A stretch of DNA of 61,390 bases from assembly GCA_036787065.1 (NCBI GenBank), contig DAIQPZ010000001.1, positions 1 to 61,390 of the forward strand, written 5' to 3'. The notes under the pieces are model-generated. The model was not told where the DNA came from. It saw only the letters and a list, made by a program, of their open reading frames with translations, and did not search any database. The DNA is from Anaerolineaceae bacterium. Its GTDB lineage: Bacteria > Chloroflexota > Anaerolineae > Anaerolineales > Anaerolineaceae. This document shows positions 48,782 to 58,711 of this stretch, piece by piece. The stretch's first letter is position 1; each line of letters opens with the position of its first letter. The position numbers and the translations under genes were made by a program.

Positions 48782-49894
48782 ATGATGGATTATTTTTCTT
48801 TTGAAGTGATAGCTCGCCAGGGACGCGCGCGCGCCGGGATTATACACACTCCCCATGGCGATATTCCGACCCCTATTTTTGCTCCCGTCGGGACACAGGC
48901 CACGGTTAAATCCCTTACGCCGGCGCAGCTTTACGAGCTGGATGCAAAACTGATCCTTTCCAACACCTATCATCTGTATTTACGACCTGGGGATGAGCTG
49001 GTAGCCAGTCTGGGGGGACTGCACCGGTTTATGAGTTGGGATCGCCCAATCTTAACCGATTCAGGTGGTTTCCAGGTCTTTTCTTTAAACGAAATGCGGA
49101 AAGTGGATGACGATGGGGTCACGTTTAAAAGCCACATCGATGGGTCCACCCATCGTTTTACCCCTGAAAAAGCTATTTCGATCCAGGAAAACCTTGGAGC
49201 CGATATCATCATGGCCTTCGACGAATGTGCCCCACCGTACGACCGGCCTTACATTGAAAAAGCCATGCTCAGGACCCACCAATGGGCTGAACGCTGTCTC
49301 AAAGCCAAGACACGTCCAGACCAGGCCCTTTATGGGATCGTGCAGGGGGGTATATACCCAGATCTCCGCCAGAGATCCGCCGAAGTGATCGCAAGCTTAG
49401 GTTTTCCAGGACATGCGATTGGCGGGTTATCGGTGGGCGAAACTAAGGACGAAATGCACAAGATTCTGGAGCTGGTTGACACTATCTTGCCAGAAAATAA
49501 ACCACGCTACCTGATGGGCGTTGGCACGCCCGGCGACCTGGTCAATGGCATCCAGCGCGGAATTGATATCTTTGACTGTGTCTTACCAACCCGGCTGGCC
49601 CGCCACCAGGCAGCCATGACGCCAACCGGACGGATCAATTTACTCAATGCTTCTAATGCCCGCGATGAACATCCCATTGTTACGGGCTGCACCTGCTATA
49701 CCTGCCAGCACTTCAGCCGGGCCTATATCCGCCATCTGTTCGTTGCCAGGGAGATGCTCTCAGCCACCCTGGTTTCGATCCATAATATCCACATACTGCT
49801 TAAGATCGCGCGGGATATTCGCCAGGCGATTATCGAAGGTCGCTTTAGTGAACTGCGCAGTGACTACGAGCTCATGCTCGAAACTGGTGAATAA
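48782..49894 (+). CDS. tgt: tRNA-guanine transglycosylase (queuine tRNA-ribosyltransferase)
   Basis: TDSGGFQV, zinc site CTCYTC..H. Confidence 0.95.
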   Translation: MMDYFSFEVIARQGRARAGIIHTPHGDIPTPIFAPVGTQATVKSLTPAQLYELDAKLILSNTYHLYLRPGDELVASLGGLHRFMSWDRPILTDSGGFQVFSLNEMRKVDDDGVTFKSHIDGSTHRFTPEKAISIQENLGADIIMAFDECAPPYDRPYIEKAMLRTHQWAERCLKAKTRPDQALYGIVQGGIYPDLRQRSAEVIASLGFPGHAIGGLSVGETKDEMHKILELVDTILPENKPRYLMGVGTPGDLVNGIQRGIDIFDCVLPTRLARHQAAMTPTGRINLLNASNARDEHPIVTGCTCYTCQHFSRAYIRHLFVAREMLSATLVSIHNIHILLKIARDIRQAIIEGRFSELRSDYELMLETGE

Positions 49895-50669
49895 AATTTT
49901 TAACGGCCTCCTCGGATTTGTGATGGTCTGCCTGGCCGGCTGCGAACCGATCCACGCTTCACCCCAGCCCACCCTTCAGGTAATGATGATCACATCCACA
50001 CCGTCTTTGGCCGCATGGCGAAAAATCATCGGCGGCTGTGGATTAAAAATCCCAGGCATAGGTCTGATGGTTGGCGAATATCCCGCCGGTCAACCCGGCC
50101 TATCGCAGGCTGATCTTAGCTTACGCCTGGGAACCATCCCCGATCCGCACCTGCCTTACAGCGCCGTTATCGGCTGGGACGAAGTCACTATTATCGTCCA
50201 GACGGAAAATCCGCTGAAAGATCTCACCCTTGAAGATATCAGTGCCCTATTCAATGGCAAAGTCCTGGGGTGGAATGATTGGTTAAATACCAAGGGTGTG
50301 ACAGGATCAATCTCTGCACCTCTGCAGATCTGGACATATCCACCAGGAGATGATTTACGTGATTTCTTTCAACAGGCGATTAACCAAAAGACATCTGCAG
50401 GGTCTCCACCCGCGGATGTTAATCAGATCGACCTGTGGACTGCGCCGGATCCATCAGCGATGATTCAAGCCATCAGCCAAAACCCAGGAGCTATCGGGTT
50501 CACGTTGAAAAGTAATCTGGTCCAGGGGGATCCGAAGGTACGACCGGTCCAACTGGATGCAAATTCGCGGGACACTTTACGTTTACCAGTTACCGCTGCC
50601 ACGAAAACAGAACCCCAAGGCTTGTTGCGCCAGCTTATCCTCTGCTCTCAGGCGGCAGCCCATCCATAA
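49887..50669 (+). CDS. PstS-like (PBP type 2) substrate-binding-domain lipoprotein
   Basis: In-frame GTG 49887 gives MNKIFNGLLGFVMVCLAGC (lipobox). LTLEDISALFNGKVLGWNDW. The ORF track start 49647 runs through tgt in another frame. Confidence 0.65.
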   Translation: MNKIFNGLLGFVMVCLAGCEPIHASPQPTLQVMMITSTPSLAAWRKIIGGCGLKIPGIGLMVGEYPAGQPGLSQADLSLRLGTIPDPHLPYSAVIGWDEVTIIVQTENPLKDLTLEDISALFNGKVLGWNDWLNTKGVTGSISAPLQIWTYPPGDDLRDFFQQAINQKTSAGSPPADVNQIDLWTAPDPSAMIQAISQNPGAIGFTLKSNLVQGDPKVRPVQLDANSRDTLRLPVTAATKTEPQGLLRQLILCSQAAAHP

Positions 50670-50826
50670 CCGGTAAAATGTGCGAGCTGCGGCTAATGTC
50701 AGCCGTCTTTCCAAAGCTTAATCTTCTCCTTGACACCCATAATCAAGCGTGATAACCTTGCAATTCCAAGGTCAAAGCTCCCCTTCAGTGGTTAGGTCTC
50801 CATGTATGTTTTGCCCTGGAAAAACT

Positions 50827-50938
50827 GGATCATTGGGGATTTCCGTGGTGAAACCCCGCATTTTGGGGAGTGGGCGGGTGCTTCGCACCCGCCCACTCCC
50901 CAAAATGCGGACCATTCCACGGGAAATCCTGGAGAACC
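50827..50938 (-). mobile_element. Family-2 nested-palindrome MITE-like element
   Basis: Inner stem ccgcattttggggagtgggcgggtg / cacccgcccactccccaaaatgcgg (50856-50910). Outer repeats ggatttccgtgg / ccacgggaaatcc. The apex gcgggtgcttcgcacccgc is identical to family 1. Confidence 0.85.
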
Positions 50939-50977
50939 AAAACCTTAAGTCTAAATTTTAATGTATGGAGTAAGGGT

Positions 50978-51190
50978 ATGGCTGAACGTTTTGTTGGGAC
51001 CGTTAAGTGGTTTAACGCCTCCAAAGGTTATGGTTTCATCGGACGTGAAGGCGGCGAAGATGTCTTTGTTCATTTCTCTGCCATTCAAATGGAAGGTTAT
51101 AAACGTCTTAAAGAAGGCCAACAAGTGGAATTTTCGATTGAAAATGGTCCCAAAGGCCTGCAGGCCGCTGATGTTATGATTCCTGAGTAA
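50978..51190 (+). CDS. Cold-shock protein (CspA family)
   Basis: [29 protein letters not shown], 70 aa. The ORF track start 50870 is an extension through the repeat. Confidence 0.93.
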   Translation: MAERFVGTVKWFNASKGYGFIGREGGEDVFVHFSAIQMEGYKRLKEGQQVEFSIENGPKGLQAADVMIPE

Positions 51191-51211
51191 TCATTTTATC
51201 CAAAACTAACC

Positions 51212-51241
51212 AAAAGAGCCCCTGAATTCAGCGGCTCTTTT
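51212..51241 (+). terminator. Intrinsic terminator of the csp gene
   Basis: 9-bp stem aaaagagcc / ggctctttt with a T-rich tail. Confidence 0.6.
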
Positions 51242-51274
51242 GCATTTAATCACATTCCTGGTCACCATCTGGGT

Positions 51275-51308
51275 CCGGCAACTTTCTCTGCTTGGCTGAG
51301 TAGTAACG
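51275..51308 (-). repeat. Family-1 terminal fragment (one end only)
   Basis: ccggcaactttctctgcttggctgagtagtaacg matches the ..ggcaactttcttcgcatggctgagtagttat end of 6550-6660. It lies 4 nt from the stop of 51313-52467. Confidence 0.7.
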
Positions 51309-51312
51309 TTTT

Positions 51313-52467
51313 TTATCTTTTTGCCAGCGCATGCGCCATTTTTTCTAGGGCTTCAGCCAACATCGAGCGCGGACAGCCAAAGTTCAAGCGGACAAAACCT
51401 TCGCCTCCTTTGCCAAACCCTTTGCCGTCATTAAGCGCTACCCGGGCTTTTTTCAAAAAGAATTCGCTCGGGTTTTGATCCAGACCCAATTGGCGGCAGT
51501 CCAACCAGGCCAGGTAGGTGCCCTCGGGGATGCCCATGCCTATTTGCGGCAGATTGTCTGCGACGAACTGGACCATGAAATCACGGTTGCTTTCCAGATA
51601 AACCAGCAGTTCATCTAACCACGGCTGACCATCTTTATAGGCGGCTAAAGCCGCGGTCAATCCCAACACATTGACCCCTTTGACCAGGCCTTTACCTGAA
51701 CTGGTGAACTGCTTACGCAACTGAGCATCCTGTATCACCGCGACGGAACAATCCAGGCCAGCAATATTGAAGGTCTTGCTTGGCGCCATCAAGGTAATTG
51801 TCCGCCTGGCAATTTCAGGAGATATTGAACCCATGGGTATATGCGTTTGCCCGGAAAAAACCAGATCACAATGAATTTCATCCGAGCAAATGACCAGGCC
51901 ATGGTGCAGGCAAATTTCAGCCATACGGATTAATTCTTCATGGGTATAAACCCGCCCAATCGGGTTATGTGGGTTACATAAAATAAACAAACGAGTCTTC
52001 TCAGTGATGGTCCGTTCAAATTCTTCAAAATCAATTTGATATTGCCCATCCGCTTGACGAACCAGGTTTGACTCGACCCGGTTCAATTGGGCGCACTTGG
52101 GAGCCCCGAGAAATGGCCCGTAAACCGGCGTCTGGATTAGGACATCTTCACCCGGTTGACAAAATGCGTGGCATGCCAGATTAAACCCGGTAACCACCCC
52201 TGGCAATAACAGGATCTCCTCTGGGGTGACCGTCCAGTGATAACGCTCGGCCAGACGTTCTACCACAACTTTACGCAGCTCGGCTGGCTCTTGTGGATAT
52301 CCGAAGACCCCATGCTGAACTCGATCAAGCAAAGCCGCGATCACGGGTTCTGGGGAACGAAAGTCCATATCAGCCACCCACATCGGCAGCACATCCGGAT
52401 CGTAATGATGCCACTTGATACTTTCAGTTTGCTGCCGGTCGATAATTTGATCAAACGAATAAGTCAT
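51313..52467 (-). CDS. PatB/MalY-type PLP-dependent C-S lyase (class I/II aminotransferase fold)
   Basis: LCNPHNPIGRV, APSKTFNIAGL (PLP lysine). Confidence 0.8.
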   Translation of the reverse strand: MTYSFDQIIDRQQTESIKWHHYDPDVLPMWVADMDFRSPEPVIAALLDRVQHGVFGYPQEPAELRKVVVERLAERYHWTVTPEEILLLPGVVTGFNLACHAFCQPGEDVLIQTPVYGPFLGAPKCAQLNRVESNLVRQADGQYQIDFEEFERTITEKTRLFILCNPHNPIGRVYTHEELIRMAEICLHHGLVICSDEIHCDLVFSGQTHIPMGSISPEIARRTITLMAPSKTFNIAGLDCSVAVIQDAQLRKQFTSSGKGLVKGVNVLGLTAALAAYKDGQPWLDELLVYLESNRDFMVQFVADNLPQIGMGIPEGTYLAWLDCRQLGLDQNPSEFFLKKARVALNDGKGFGKGGEGFVRLNFGCPRSMLAEALEKMAHALAKR

Positions 52468-52498
52468 GAGTCACAGTTCTTCTTTCATTGCGAAATTT

Positions 52499-52606
52499 GG
52501 TTCTCAAGAATTTCCCGTGGAGTGGGCCGTATTTTGGGGTATGAGCGCAGGTACGCGCGCTCATACCCCAAAATACGGGATTCACCCCGGCAATTCCTAA
52601 AGACCC
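52499..52606 (+). mobile_element. Family-2 MITE-like element with 8-bp target-site duplication
   Basis: ggttctcaagaatttcccgtgg..ccgtattttggggtatgagcgc..gcgctcataccccaaaatacgg..agaccc. The direct repeat cgaaattt is at 52491-52498 and 52607-52614. Confidence 0.85.
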
Positions 52607-52696
52607 CGAAATTTAATGGTATTTCAGTTCTCGATTATAATATACTCATAAGCATTGGTGGATTTTTTAGCCATTCCTTCAAACAACAAATCACTG

Positions 52697-52709
52697 TATA
52701 CTATGAAGG
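52697..52709 (+). promoter_or_regulatory. Putative -10 element, leaderless methyltransferase gene
   Basis: TATACT (52697-52702), 7 nt, ATG 52710. The -35 is weak. Confidence 0.3.
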
Positions 52710-53618
52710 ATGAGTCCTCTTCACCCTCCCACACAAATCCCCCAACTAAACTGTCTGAATTCTCCGGACTGGAAGGATTATGAATTATTGGACAGCGGAG
52801 ATGGGATAAAGCTTGAACGCTTCGGACCCTATACCTTCGTCAGGCCCGAAATGCAGGCAGTTTGGAGAAAATCCCTGCCCGAGCGCAGGTGGCAGACCGC
52901 TCACGCTATCTTTCAACCCTCAAACGAAGAAAATGGCGGTCATTTCCACAAGTTATCCGTGATCGAACCCCGCTGGGAAATGACCTACAAAGATCTTAAA
53001 TTCTGGTCACAAATTTCTTCTTCACGACACCTCGGTGTCTTTCCGGAGCAGGCCAATCACTGGGATTGGATCCAGGATCAAATCCGGCCATCCAGTAAAC
53101 CACTCAATGTGCTCAATTTATTTGGGTACACAGGCCTGGCCAGCCTGGCTGCCGCCCGGGCCGGTGCGCGGGTGACACACGTGGATGCCTCAAAAAAAGT
53201 AGTCACCTGGGCGCGCGACAACCAGGTCCTTTCCGGCCTGGGCGACCAACCAATCCGCTGGATTGTGGATGACGCCATAAAATTTGTACAACGTGAGGTG
53301 CGGCGCCAGGCAAACTATGACGGCTTGATCCTCGATCCGCCCAAGTTTGGCCGCGGTCCCAAAGGCGAAGTTTGGGAGTTTTACAAACTGCTCCCTTCGC
53401 TGCTTCAGGAATGCCGCCAGATCTTATCTCCCCAGCCTGTGTTTATTGTGCTGACAGCCTATGCCATTCAGGCTTCGGCCTTGACCATCTATTACGCGCT
53501 TCAGGAAACCGTGGCTGGTCTGGGTGGATCGATTGGCACAGGCGAATTGGTCACGGTTGAAGGCAGTGCCGGGCGGTGTATATCGAATGCAATTTATGCC
53601 CGTTGGAAAGCGAGTTAA
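52710..53618 (+). CDS. Class I SAM-dependent (RlmI/COG1092-like) methyltransferase
   Basis: DYELLDSGDGIKLERFG, VLNLFGYTGLASLAAA, LILDPPKFG. Confidence 0.75.
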   Translation: MSPLHPPTQIPQLNCLNSPDWKDYELLDSGDGIKLERFGPYTFVRPEMQAVWRKSLPERRWQTAHAIFQPSNEENGGHFHKLSVIEPRWEMTYKDLKFWSQISSSRHLGVFPEQANHWDWIQDQIRPSSKPLNVLNLFGYTGLASLAAARAGARVTHVDASKKVVTWARDNQVLSGLGDQPIRWIVDDAIKFVQREVRRQANYDGLILDPPKFGRGPKGEVWEFYKLLPSLLQECRQILSPQPVFIVLTAYAIQASALTIYYALQETVAGLGGSIGTGELVTVEGSAGRCISNAIYARWKAS

Positions 53619-53624
53619 TTAAAT

Positions 53625-54482
53625 ATGCCAACCCACAAACCATCGATTACCTTTATTGGACCAGGCGTTATGGCAGAAGCCATCATCTCTGGCCTGATCC
53701 GCCAATCTGTCGCCACCCCCGAACAAATCAGTATCTCCGGACCGGACGAAGAGCACAATCAGGTCCTGCAAACCCGTTATCACGTCACCCCTTATACAGA
53801 TAATTTTGCCGCGGCTCAGGCGGCAGATGTCGTCATCTTATCGGTCAAGCCCCAACGCCTGGAAAGGGTATTAAAAGGGTTAAAAGGTGGCATCAACCCG
53901 GATGCTCTGGTTTTATCTATCATCGCCGGGGCATCCATCCACACCATCCAACTGGGTCTGAACCACCACATCATCGTGCGCGCCATGCCCAATACGCCCG
54001 CGCAAATCGGTGAAGGGGTAACCGTTTGGACAGCTTCTGCCACGGTTAACCCTGAACAGATCGATCTGGCGCGACAGATCCTGGCCGCGTTGGGGGTAGA
54101 AATATTAGTTGAGGAAGAGAGCTACCTCGATATGGCCACCGCGGTCTCTGGGTCTGGCCCGGCTTACGTATTCCTCTTCCTGGAAGCCATGGTCGATGCG
54201 GGGGTCCATCTCGGACTTCCCAGGCGGATTGCGGAGGAGATGGTCGTCCAGACCCTGCGCGGCTCGGTCGACTACTTCGAGATTAACAAGGCCCACCCGG
54301 CTCACCTGCGAAACCAGGTGACCTCTCCCGGAGGCACGTCCGCCGCCGCTTTATATTACCTGGAAAAAGCTGGCTTCCGCACGGCTATTTCGCGCGCAAT
54401 TTGGGCAGCCTATGAACGCTCCCAGGAATTGGGCAAAGGGATGGTAAGCCACCCGCTCGATAATCCCGACCATACTGACTAA
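53625..54482 (+). CDS. proC: Pyrroline-5-carboxylate reductase
   Basis: ITFIGPGVMAEAIISGL, MPNTPAQIGEG, VTSPGGTS. Confidence 0.92.
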   Translation: MPTHKPSITFIGPGVMAEAIISGLIRQSVATPEQISISGPDEEHNQVLQTRYHVTPYTDNFAAAQAADVVILSVKPQRLERVLKGLKGGINPDALVLSIIAGASIHTIQLGLNHHIIVRAMPNTPAQIGEGVTVWTASATVNPEQIDLARQILAALGVEILVEEESYLDMATAVSGSGPAYVFLFLEAMVDAGVHLGLPRRIAEEMVVQTLRGSVDYFEINKAHPAHLRNQVTSPGGTSAAALYYLEKAGFRTAISRAIWAAYERSQELGKGMVSHPLDNPDHTD

Positions 54483-54521
54483 ACCCAGGTCCCATACCAG
54501 TTTGTTTGAATATTACCCTTT

Positions 54522-55583
54522 ATGAGCCAGACAGACCAGTCTAAACCCATCCAGATCATCAATAGTGTCGCGCCCATCCGCATTTGTGATAATGGCGGGT
54601 GGACCGACACATGGTTTGCCGGTCACGGCGCTATTTTCAATATTGGTGTTTACCCATATGCCGAAGTCCAGATCGAGGTATTCCCCCTTGCGGACCGGGA
54701 ACACCGCATCGTCATCCACGCTGAAAATTACGGCGAAAAGTTTGTGGTCCATCCCGAAAATGGCACGTATGATAAACATCCTCTGCTCGAGGCTGCCATC
54801 GATTACATGAAGGTCCCAGAAAATTTGGCTTTTGAAGTTACCATTTTTTCTGAAGCACCAGGCGGCGCCTCCACAGGCACCTCTGCCGCGGTCACCGTCG
54901 CACTCATTGGGGCTTTAGACAGCCTGTCTCCCGGGCAGCTAACTCCACACGAGGTGGCATACGCGGCCCATGCCGTTGAAGTTGAGATGCTGCACCAACA
55001 GTCCGGCATTCAAGATCAGTTATGCTCGGCTTACGGCGGGATCAATTACATTGAGATGGAAGCTTACCCGCATGCTTCGGTTTCCCAAATCGTCGTACCC
55101 AATACCACCTGGTGGGAGCTTGAACGCCGGTTAACTTTGATCTATCTGGGCAAATCCCACCATTCATCCGTTGTCCACGAGATGGTGATCAATAACCTGC
55201 AAGGCGCAGGTCCAGATTGCAAACAGTTGGAAGACCTCCGGCAGACAGCGCGCCAATCGCGCGATGCCTTATACGCGGGCGACTTTGAGGCGTTTGGAAA
55301 AGCAATGGTTGCCAACACCGAAGCGCAGGGGAGGCTCCATCCCGCATTAATTGGCCCAGACGCCACCCGGGTGATTGAGATTGCCAGACAATTCGGGGCA
55401 AAGGGCTGGAAATTGAATGGGGCGGGCGGAGATGGCGGTTCAGTCACCATCCTGTGCGGGGATCTCTCACACGTCAAACGCGCGATGATCCGCGAGATCG
55501 AACAAGAAAACCGGCTCTACAAAAATATACCGGTTTACCTCAGCCGTTACGGTTTGCGTATCTGGAAGCGAGATTGCTGTTAA
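54522..55583 (+). CDS. GHMP-family sugar/sugar-phosphate kinase
   Basis: GHMP motif PGGASTGTSAAVTVALIGAL. Substrate not assignable. Confidence 0.7.
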   Translation: MSQTDQSKPIQIINSVAPIRICDNGGWTDTWFAGHGAIFNIGVYPYAEVQIEVFPLADREHRIVIHAENYGEKFVVHPENGTYDKHPLLEAAIDYMKVPENLAFEVTIFSEAPGGASTGTSAAVTVALIGALDSLSPGQLTPHEVAYAAHAVEVEMLHQQSGIQDQLCSAYGGINYIEMEAYPHASVSQIVVPNTTWWELERRLTLIYLGKSHHSSVVHEMVINNLQGAGPDCKQLEDLRQTARQSRDALYAGDFEAFGKAMVANTEAQGRLHPALIGPDATRVIEIARQFGAKGWKLNGAGGDGGSVTILCGDLSHVKRAMIREIEQENRLYKNIPVYLSRYGLRIWKRDCC

Positions 55584-55590
55584 AGATTGC

Positions 55591-57903
55591 CTATTTCTGA
55601 GCCAAGAAGGGCAGCCAGAACAAGTCGTCCACTGTGACCGACGCTGGAGGTGAAAAAGGACCTACCCCACACGGGTTAGCAACTCGCACGCGCCAGTAAA
55701 ATCTTTTTCCCGTCGACAAATCATTGGGCGCCACGAAGGCCGCGCCAGTCAGACCGGTCCGGTCGAGTACGATTTGTTTGAAATCAACATCCAACGCAAT
55801 TTGCAGCTCGTAAGTCGCTGGACTTGTGACCGACTGCCATTTGAATTCCGGCCGGCGCAGTAAGAGCGCCGCACCGTCAGCCGGCGCCACCAGCGCGATC
55901 GAACCCGGTAGACTTTGTGCCACCCCCACCTGAAGGGTCACTGAACGTTTAACCGCGCCGCTTTCTCCCAGGATCGTGACCGGGTAAACCCCTGGCAGCG
56001 TTGTGCCATCCGCGGTTAAATCCAACCCAATCGATAAGCCAGGGTCTACCGGGTTCAGGCTAAAAGATGCCACCATGCCCTGTGGTAGGCCAGACAGGCT
56101 CAGGCTAATTGGCGTGATAAAGTTCCTGGCAGCGCTGCTTTGCAGCCCCAACAGGTTTTCACTCGCCATACAGAACTGAGGGTTATCAGATGGTGCCCTT
56201 AAGCTATATTCCGCATCCAGAAAAGTTGCACCGGCTACACCCCATTGACCCGCTGTATCCTGGCTGTCAATATAGACGGTATGGCGACCGGCATCCAGAC
56301 CCGTCAGGTCGATCCGTGCGGCCACCGGCTCTACTGGTTGGTCAAATGCGCCATCCACCGGCGCCATCAGGCCGCTCGAACCCCCTGTCCAGGCAGGTGT
56401 ATCGATGCTGTACCGGCTGGCCTGGATGGCGATTGGCGTGTGCTGACCGCTCACCGCACCGGCAAAACGGGTATCATCTGCCACCGCGTTGAGCGTGACA
56501 CCATCCAGGCTATCAACCGCCGGAGTAAGGGTATCTGGACCCGCCGGCAGTTGGTAAGGCAGCCGGGCCGTTTTAGCAGCATACATCAGGGCTTCCATGT
56601 TGTCCGGTAAAACAAGCTGCTCGAACTGGTCGCAAGACTCAAAGAAGGATGTGCCCAGTTCAAACGTGTAGCCTGGTACCCCCAGGCTGGCGTAAGCCCA
56701 TTCGTCGGTGGTGCCTGTGGTTGGGTACAGGCATGTATTCGACTGGCAAACCGTGTAATGATTAAAAAATCCGAATTTCTGCCCCAGGAGGTTGAGTTGT
56801 GATTGGTTAGGAGAGGGTAAAGCGGTCCAACCCCAGGGAAAAAGTACATTTTTACCAAAACTATGCAGGCTGATGAATAACCCGGCATAATCGGAAGGCG
56901 CGGGATCGCTGTCATTGGGTCCGCGCCTGGCCGGAAAGAGCCCCGCTATATACGCCTGTAGAGCCTGTGTTTCAGGCTCAGAGGCGCTGGATGGCCCTTG
57001 AAAATCTTCGTCGCATGGGTTGCGCGATGCACCCCCCCATTTGAAGTCGAAGTTCCGGTTGAGATCGACGCCAAACCAGCCCGTCCCGCAAAAATTGAGG
57101 TTATCCCGGTTTTTCCGCCATTCAACCCCACCCTCAGCAATTTTCCGGCCATCTGGATTGGCCTGAGGAATCACATCAATCTCGGTATCGTCCAACAGCC
57201 AGGTGACAGTTGGGTCCGTACCGTAAGCTTGCAGCAGGGTTTCAGCGAAGCGTGTGGCCAGCTCAGCCGTGGTATATTCCCTGGCGTGGATTGCGGCTAT
57301 CACCAGCAGAACCGGTTTCGGTCCAGGTTTTGACCGGTTGGTCAGCTTGAGCACAATGAGATCGGATCCCCCTGCACCGGCGTGGTTAACTTTATCCCAG
57401 CTCTGGCCAAAAACAACTGACTGGGCCAGGGCGGGGTAGTGGTCCACCATGGATTGTATGGATTGGTAAGTCTCTTCTACGGTGCGATAACACGGAAAAT
57501 TGGTAATTCCTGCGATTTGATCCGGTGAGTTGGCGGATGGGGGTTTAATCGCCTGGGTGCGCTTGAGATCGATTGCCAGGGTGAAACCGGCCTGCCGTAG
57601 GGCCTGCGCCTGGTTGGCGGTCAAGTAAACCAACGCCTGCTGCCTGGCATGATCGACTTCCCAAATATCCACGGAATTCGCCAGCCATGTAAGCTGGTTG
57701 GAATCCGAAAAATGGACCCAGGCCAATACCTGGGATGGCTGAACCGTCTCTAGGCTTGACCCCGTGGCGCGGCCCACAGGCAGCGCCGATCCGATCGTTG
57801 AAAGGCACGCGGCGATTAATCCTATCCAAACCCAACGCCACATAACCCGGCCCAAACCATCAAGCATAAATGCCCCGCATCTCATCTGGAAGCTGCCGCG
57901 CAA
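55591..57903 (-). CDS. Secreted M14 zinc carboxypeptidase with C-terminal Ig/Fn3-like domains
   Basis: IHAREYTTAE (HxxE), NRNF, SLHSFG. The start is uncertain: 57903, 57867 (ATG overlapping the upstream stop) or 57843. Confidence 0.8.
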   Translation of the reverse strand: MRGSFQMRCGAFMLDGLGRVMWRWVWIGLIAACLSTIGSALPVGRATGSSLETVQPSQVLAWVHFSDSNQLTWLANSVDIWEVDHARQQALVYLTANQAQALRQAGFTLAIDLKRTQAIKPPSANSPDQIAGITNFPCYRTVEETYQSIQSMVDHYPALAQSVVFGQSWDKVNHAGAGGSDLIVLKLTNRSKPGPKPVLLVIAAIHAREYTTAELATRFAETLLQAYGTDPTVTWLLDDTEIDVIPQANPDGRKIAEGGVEWRKNRDNLNFCGTGWFGVDLNRNFDFKWGGASRNPCDEDFQGPSSASEPETQALQAYIAGLFPARRGPNDSDPAPSDYAGLFISLHSFGKNVLFPWGWTALPSPNQSQLNLLGQKFGFFNHYTVCQSNTCLYPTTGTTDEWAYASLGVPGYTFELGTSFFESCDQFEQLVLPDNMEALMYAAKTARLPYQLPAGPDTLTPAVDSLDGVTLNAVADDTRFAGAVSGQHTPIAIQASRYSIDTPAWTGGSSGLMAPVDGAFDQPVEPVAARIDLTGLDAGRHTVYIDSQDTAGQWGVAGATFLDAEYSLRAPSDNPQFCMASENLLGLQSSAARNFITPISLSLSGLPQGMVASFSLNPVDPGLSIGLDLTADGTTLPGVYPVTILGESGAVKRSVTLQVGVAQSLPGSIALVAPADGAALLLRRPEFKWQSVTSPATYELQIALDVDFKQIVLDRTGLTGAAFVAPNDLSTGKRFYWRVRVANPCGVGPFSPPASVTVDDLFWLPFLAQK

Positions 57904-58639
57904 TGGCCTGCATCACGATCCGGCAGACGGCGCGGTCTGTCCCTGTTGAAGACAGGTCCCCGGTCTCTTCCAGGCAGAAAAGGCGGCCAAAACTAACCTG
58001 AAGGCTGCTATCCGCCTCAAAAACGCCTACAGGTAAAATGGGCAAACCCAGGCGAGCCAGATATTGAATAAAACGGCCCGAGCCACTTGGCGGCTCACCC
58101 AATTTCCCGGTTAAAATATCGCGCCCTTCGGGGGCAAGACCAATCACCGCATGTGGGCGCCGCCGCACAACCGTCACCACCTGGCGGACCGCCAGGGCTC
58201 GCTCTTCTGCTTCGGAGGGGTTCGGCGGCATTGCTGGCATATTGCTGAAACCATATACCCGGCCAATCGCATGCAATAACCATTGACTCATGGGCTTTAA
58301 AACCTTTTCCCGGGGCTGCCCCGGATAGGTAAACGCTCCGGTCATGATCCAAAAGATATCGAGTGGCACGGCTGCGCTGATGGCCAGAGACGTCCAAAAG
58401 GCATTATAACCAGGCCGGAAATAATGGTTAAGCGTGATCAGACACGGGCCTGTAACCGGTACATACTCTTGTCCATGGATAACCAGGTCTGGACTCAAGC
58501 CTTTGAGCGCTTCCACGGCATCCTTCTTGAAATCACGCTTCTGTTTGAAAAGAACAGCCCAAACCAGGTTTAAAACCAGACCAGAGGATAATGTATATGT
58601 GGGGAAAATCAATCTTTCGCTTGACTTCACTTTAATCAC
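57860..58639 (-). CDS. Putative LPLAT/PlsC-like acyltransferase (divergent)
   Basis: LNHYFRPG (degenerate HX4D) and LAPEGRD (PEG motif). Weak call. Confidence 0.4.
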   Translation of the reverse strand: MIKVKSSERLIFPTYTLSSGLVLNLVWAVLFKQKRDFKKDAVEALKGLSPDLVIHGQEYVPVTGPCLITLNHYFRPGYNAFWTSLAISAAVPLDIFWIMTGAFTYPGQPREKVLKPMSQWLLHAIGRVYGFSNMPAMPPNPSEAEERALAVRQVVTVVRRRPHAVIGLAPEGRDILTGKLGEPPSGSGRFIQYLARLGLPILPVGVFEADSSLQVSFGRLFCLEETGDLSSTGTDRAVCRIVMQAIARQLPDEMRGIYA

Positions 58640-58711
58640 GACCTATACTGATTTAAAGTAGACACAAAGTAGGGTCTGGCTATTCAGCCTGAGCTTTATC
58701 TTAGCATATTC

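Noticed and set aside
49647-49886. N-terminal 80 codons of ORF 49647-50669
   Set aside because: This stretch runs through the 3' end of tgt in another frame. The in-frame GTG at 49887 yields a textbook lipoprotein signal peptide, so the upstream part is not coding.
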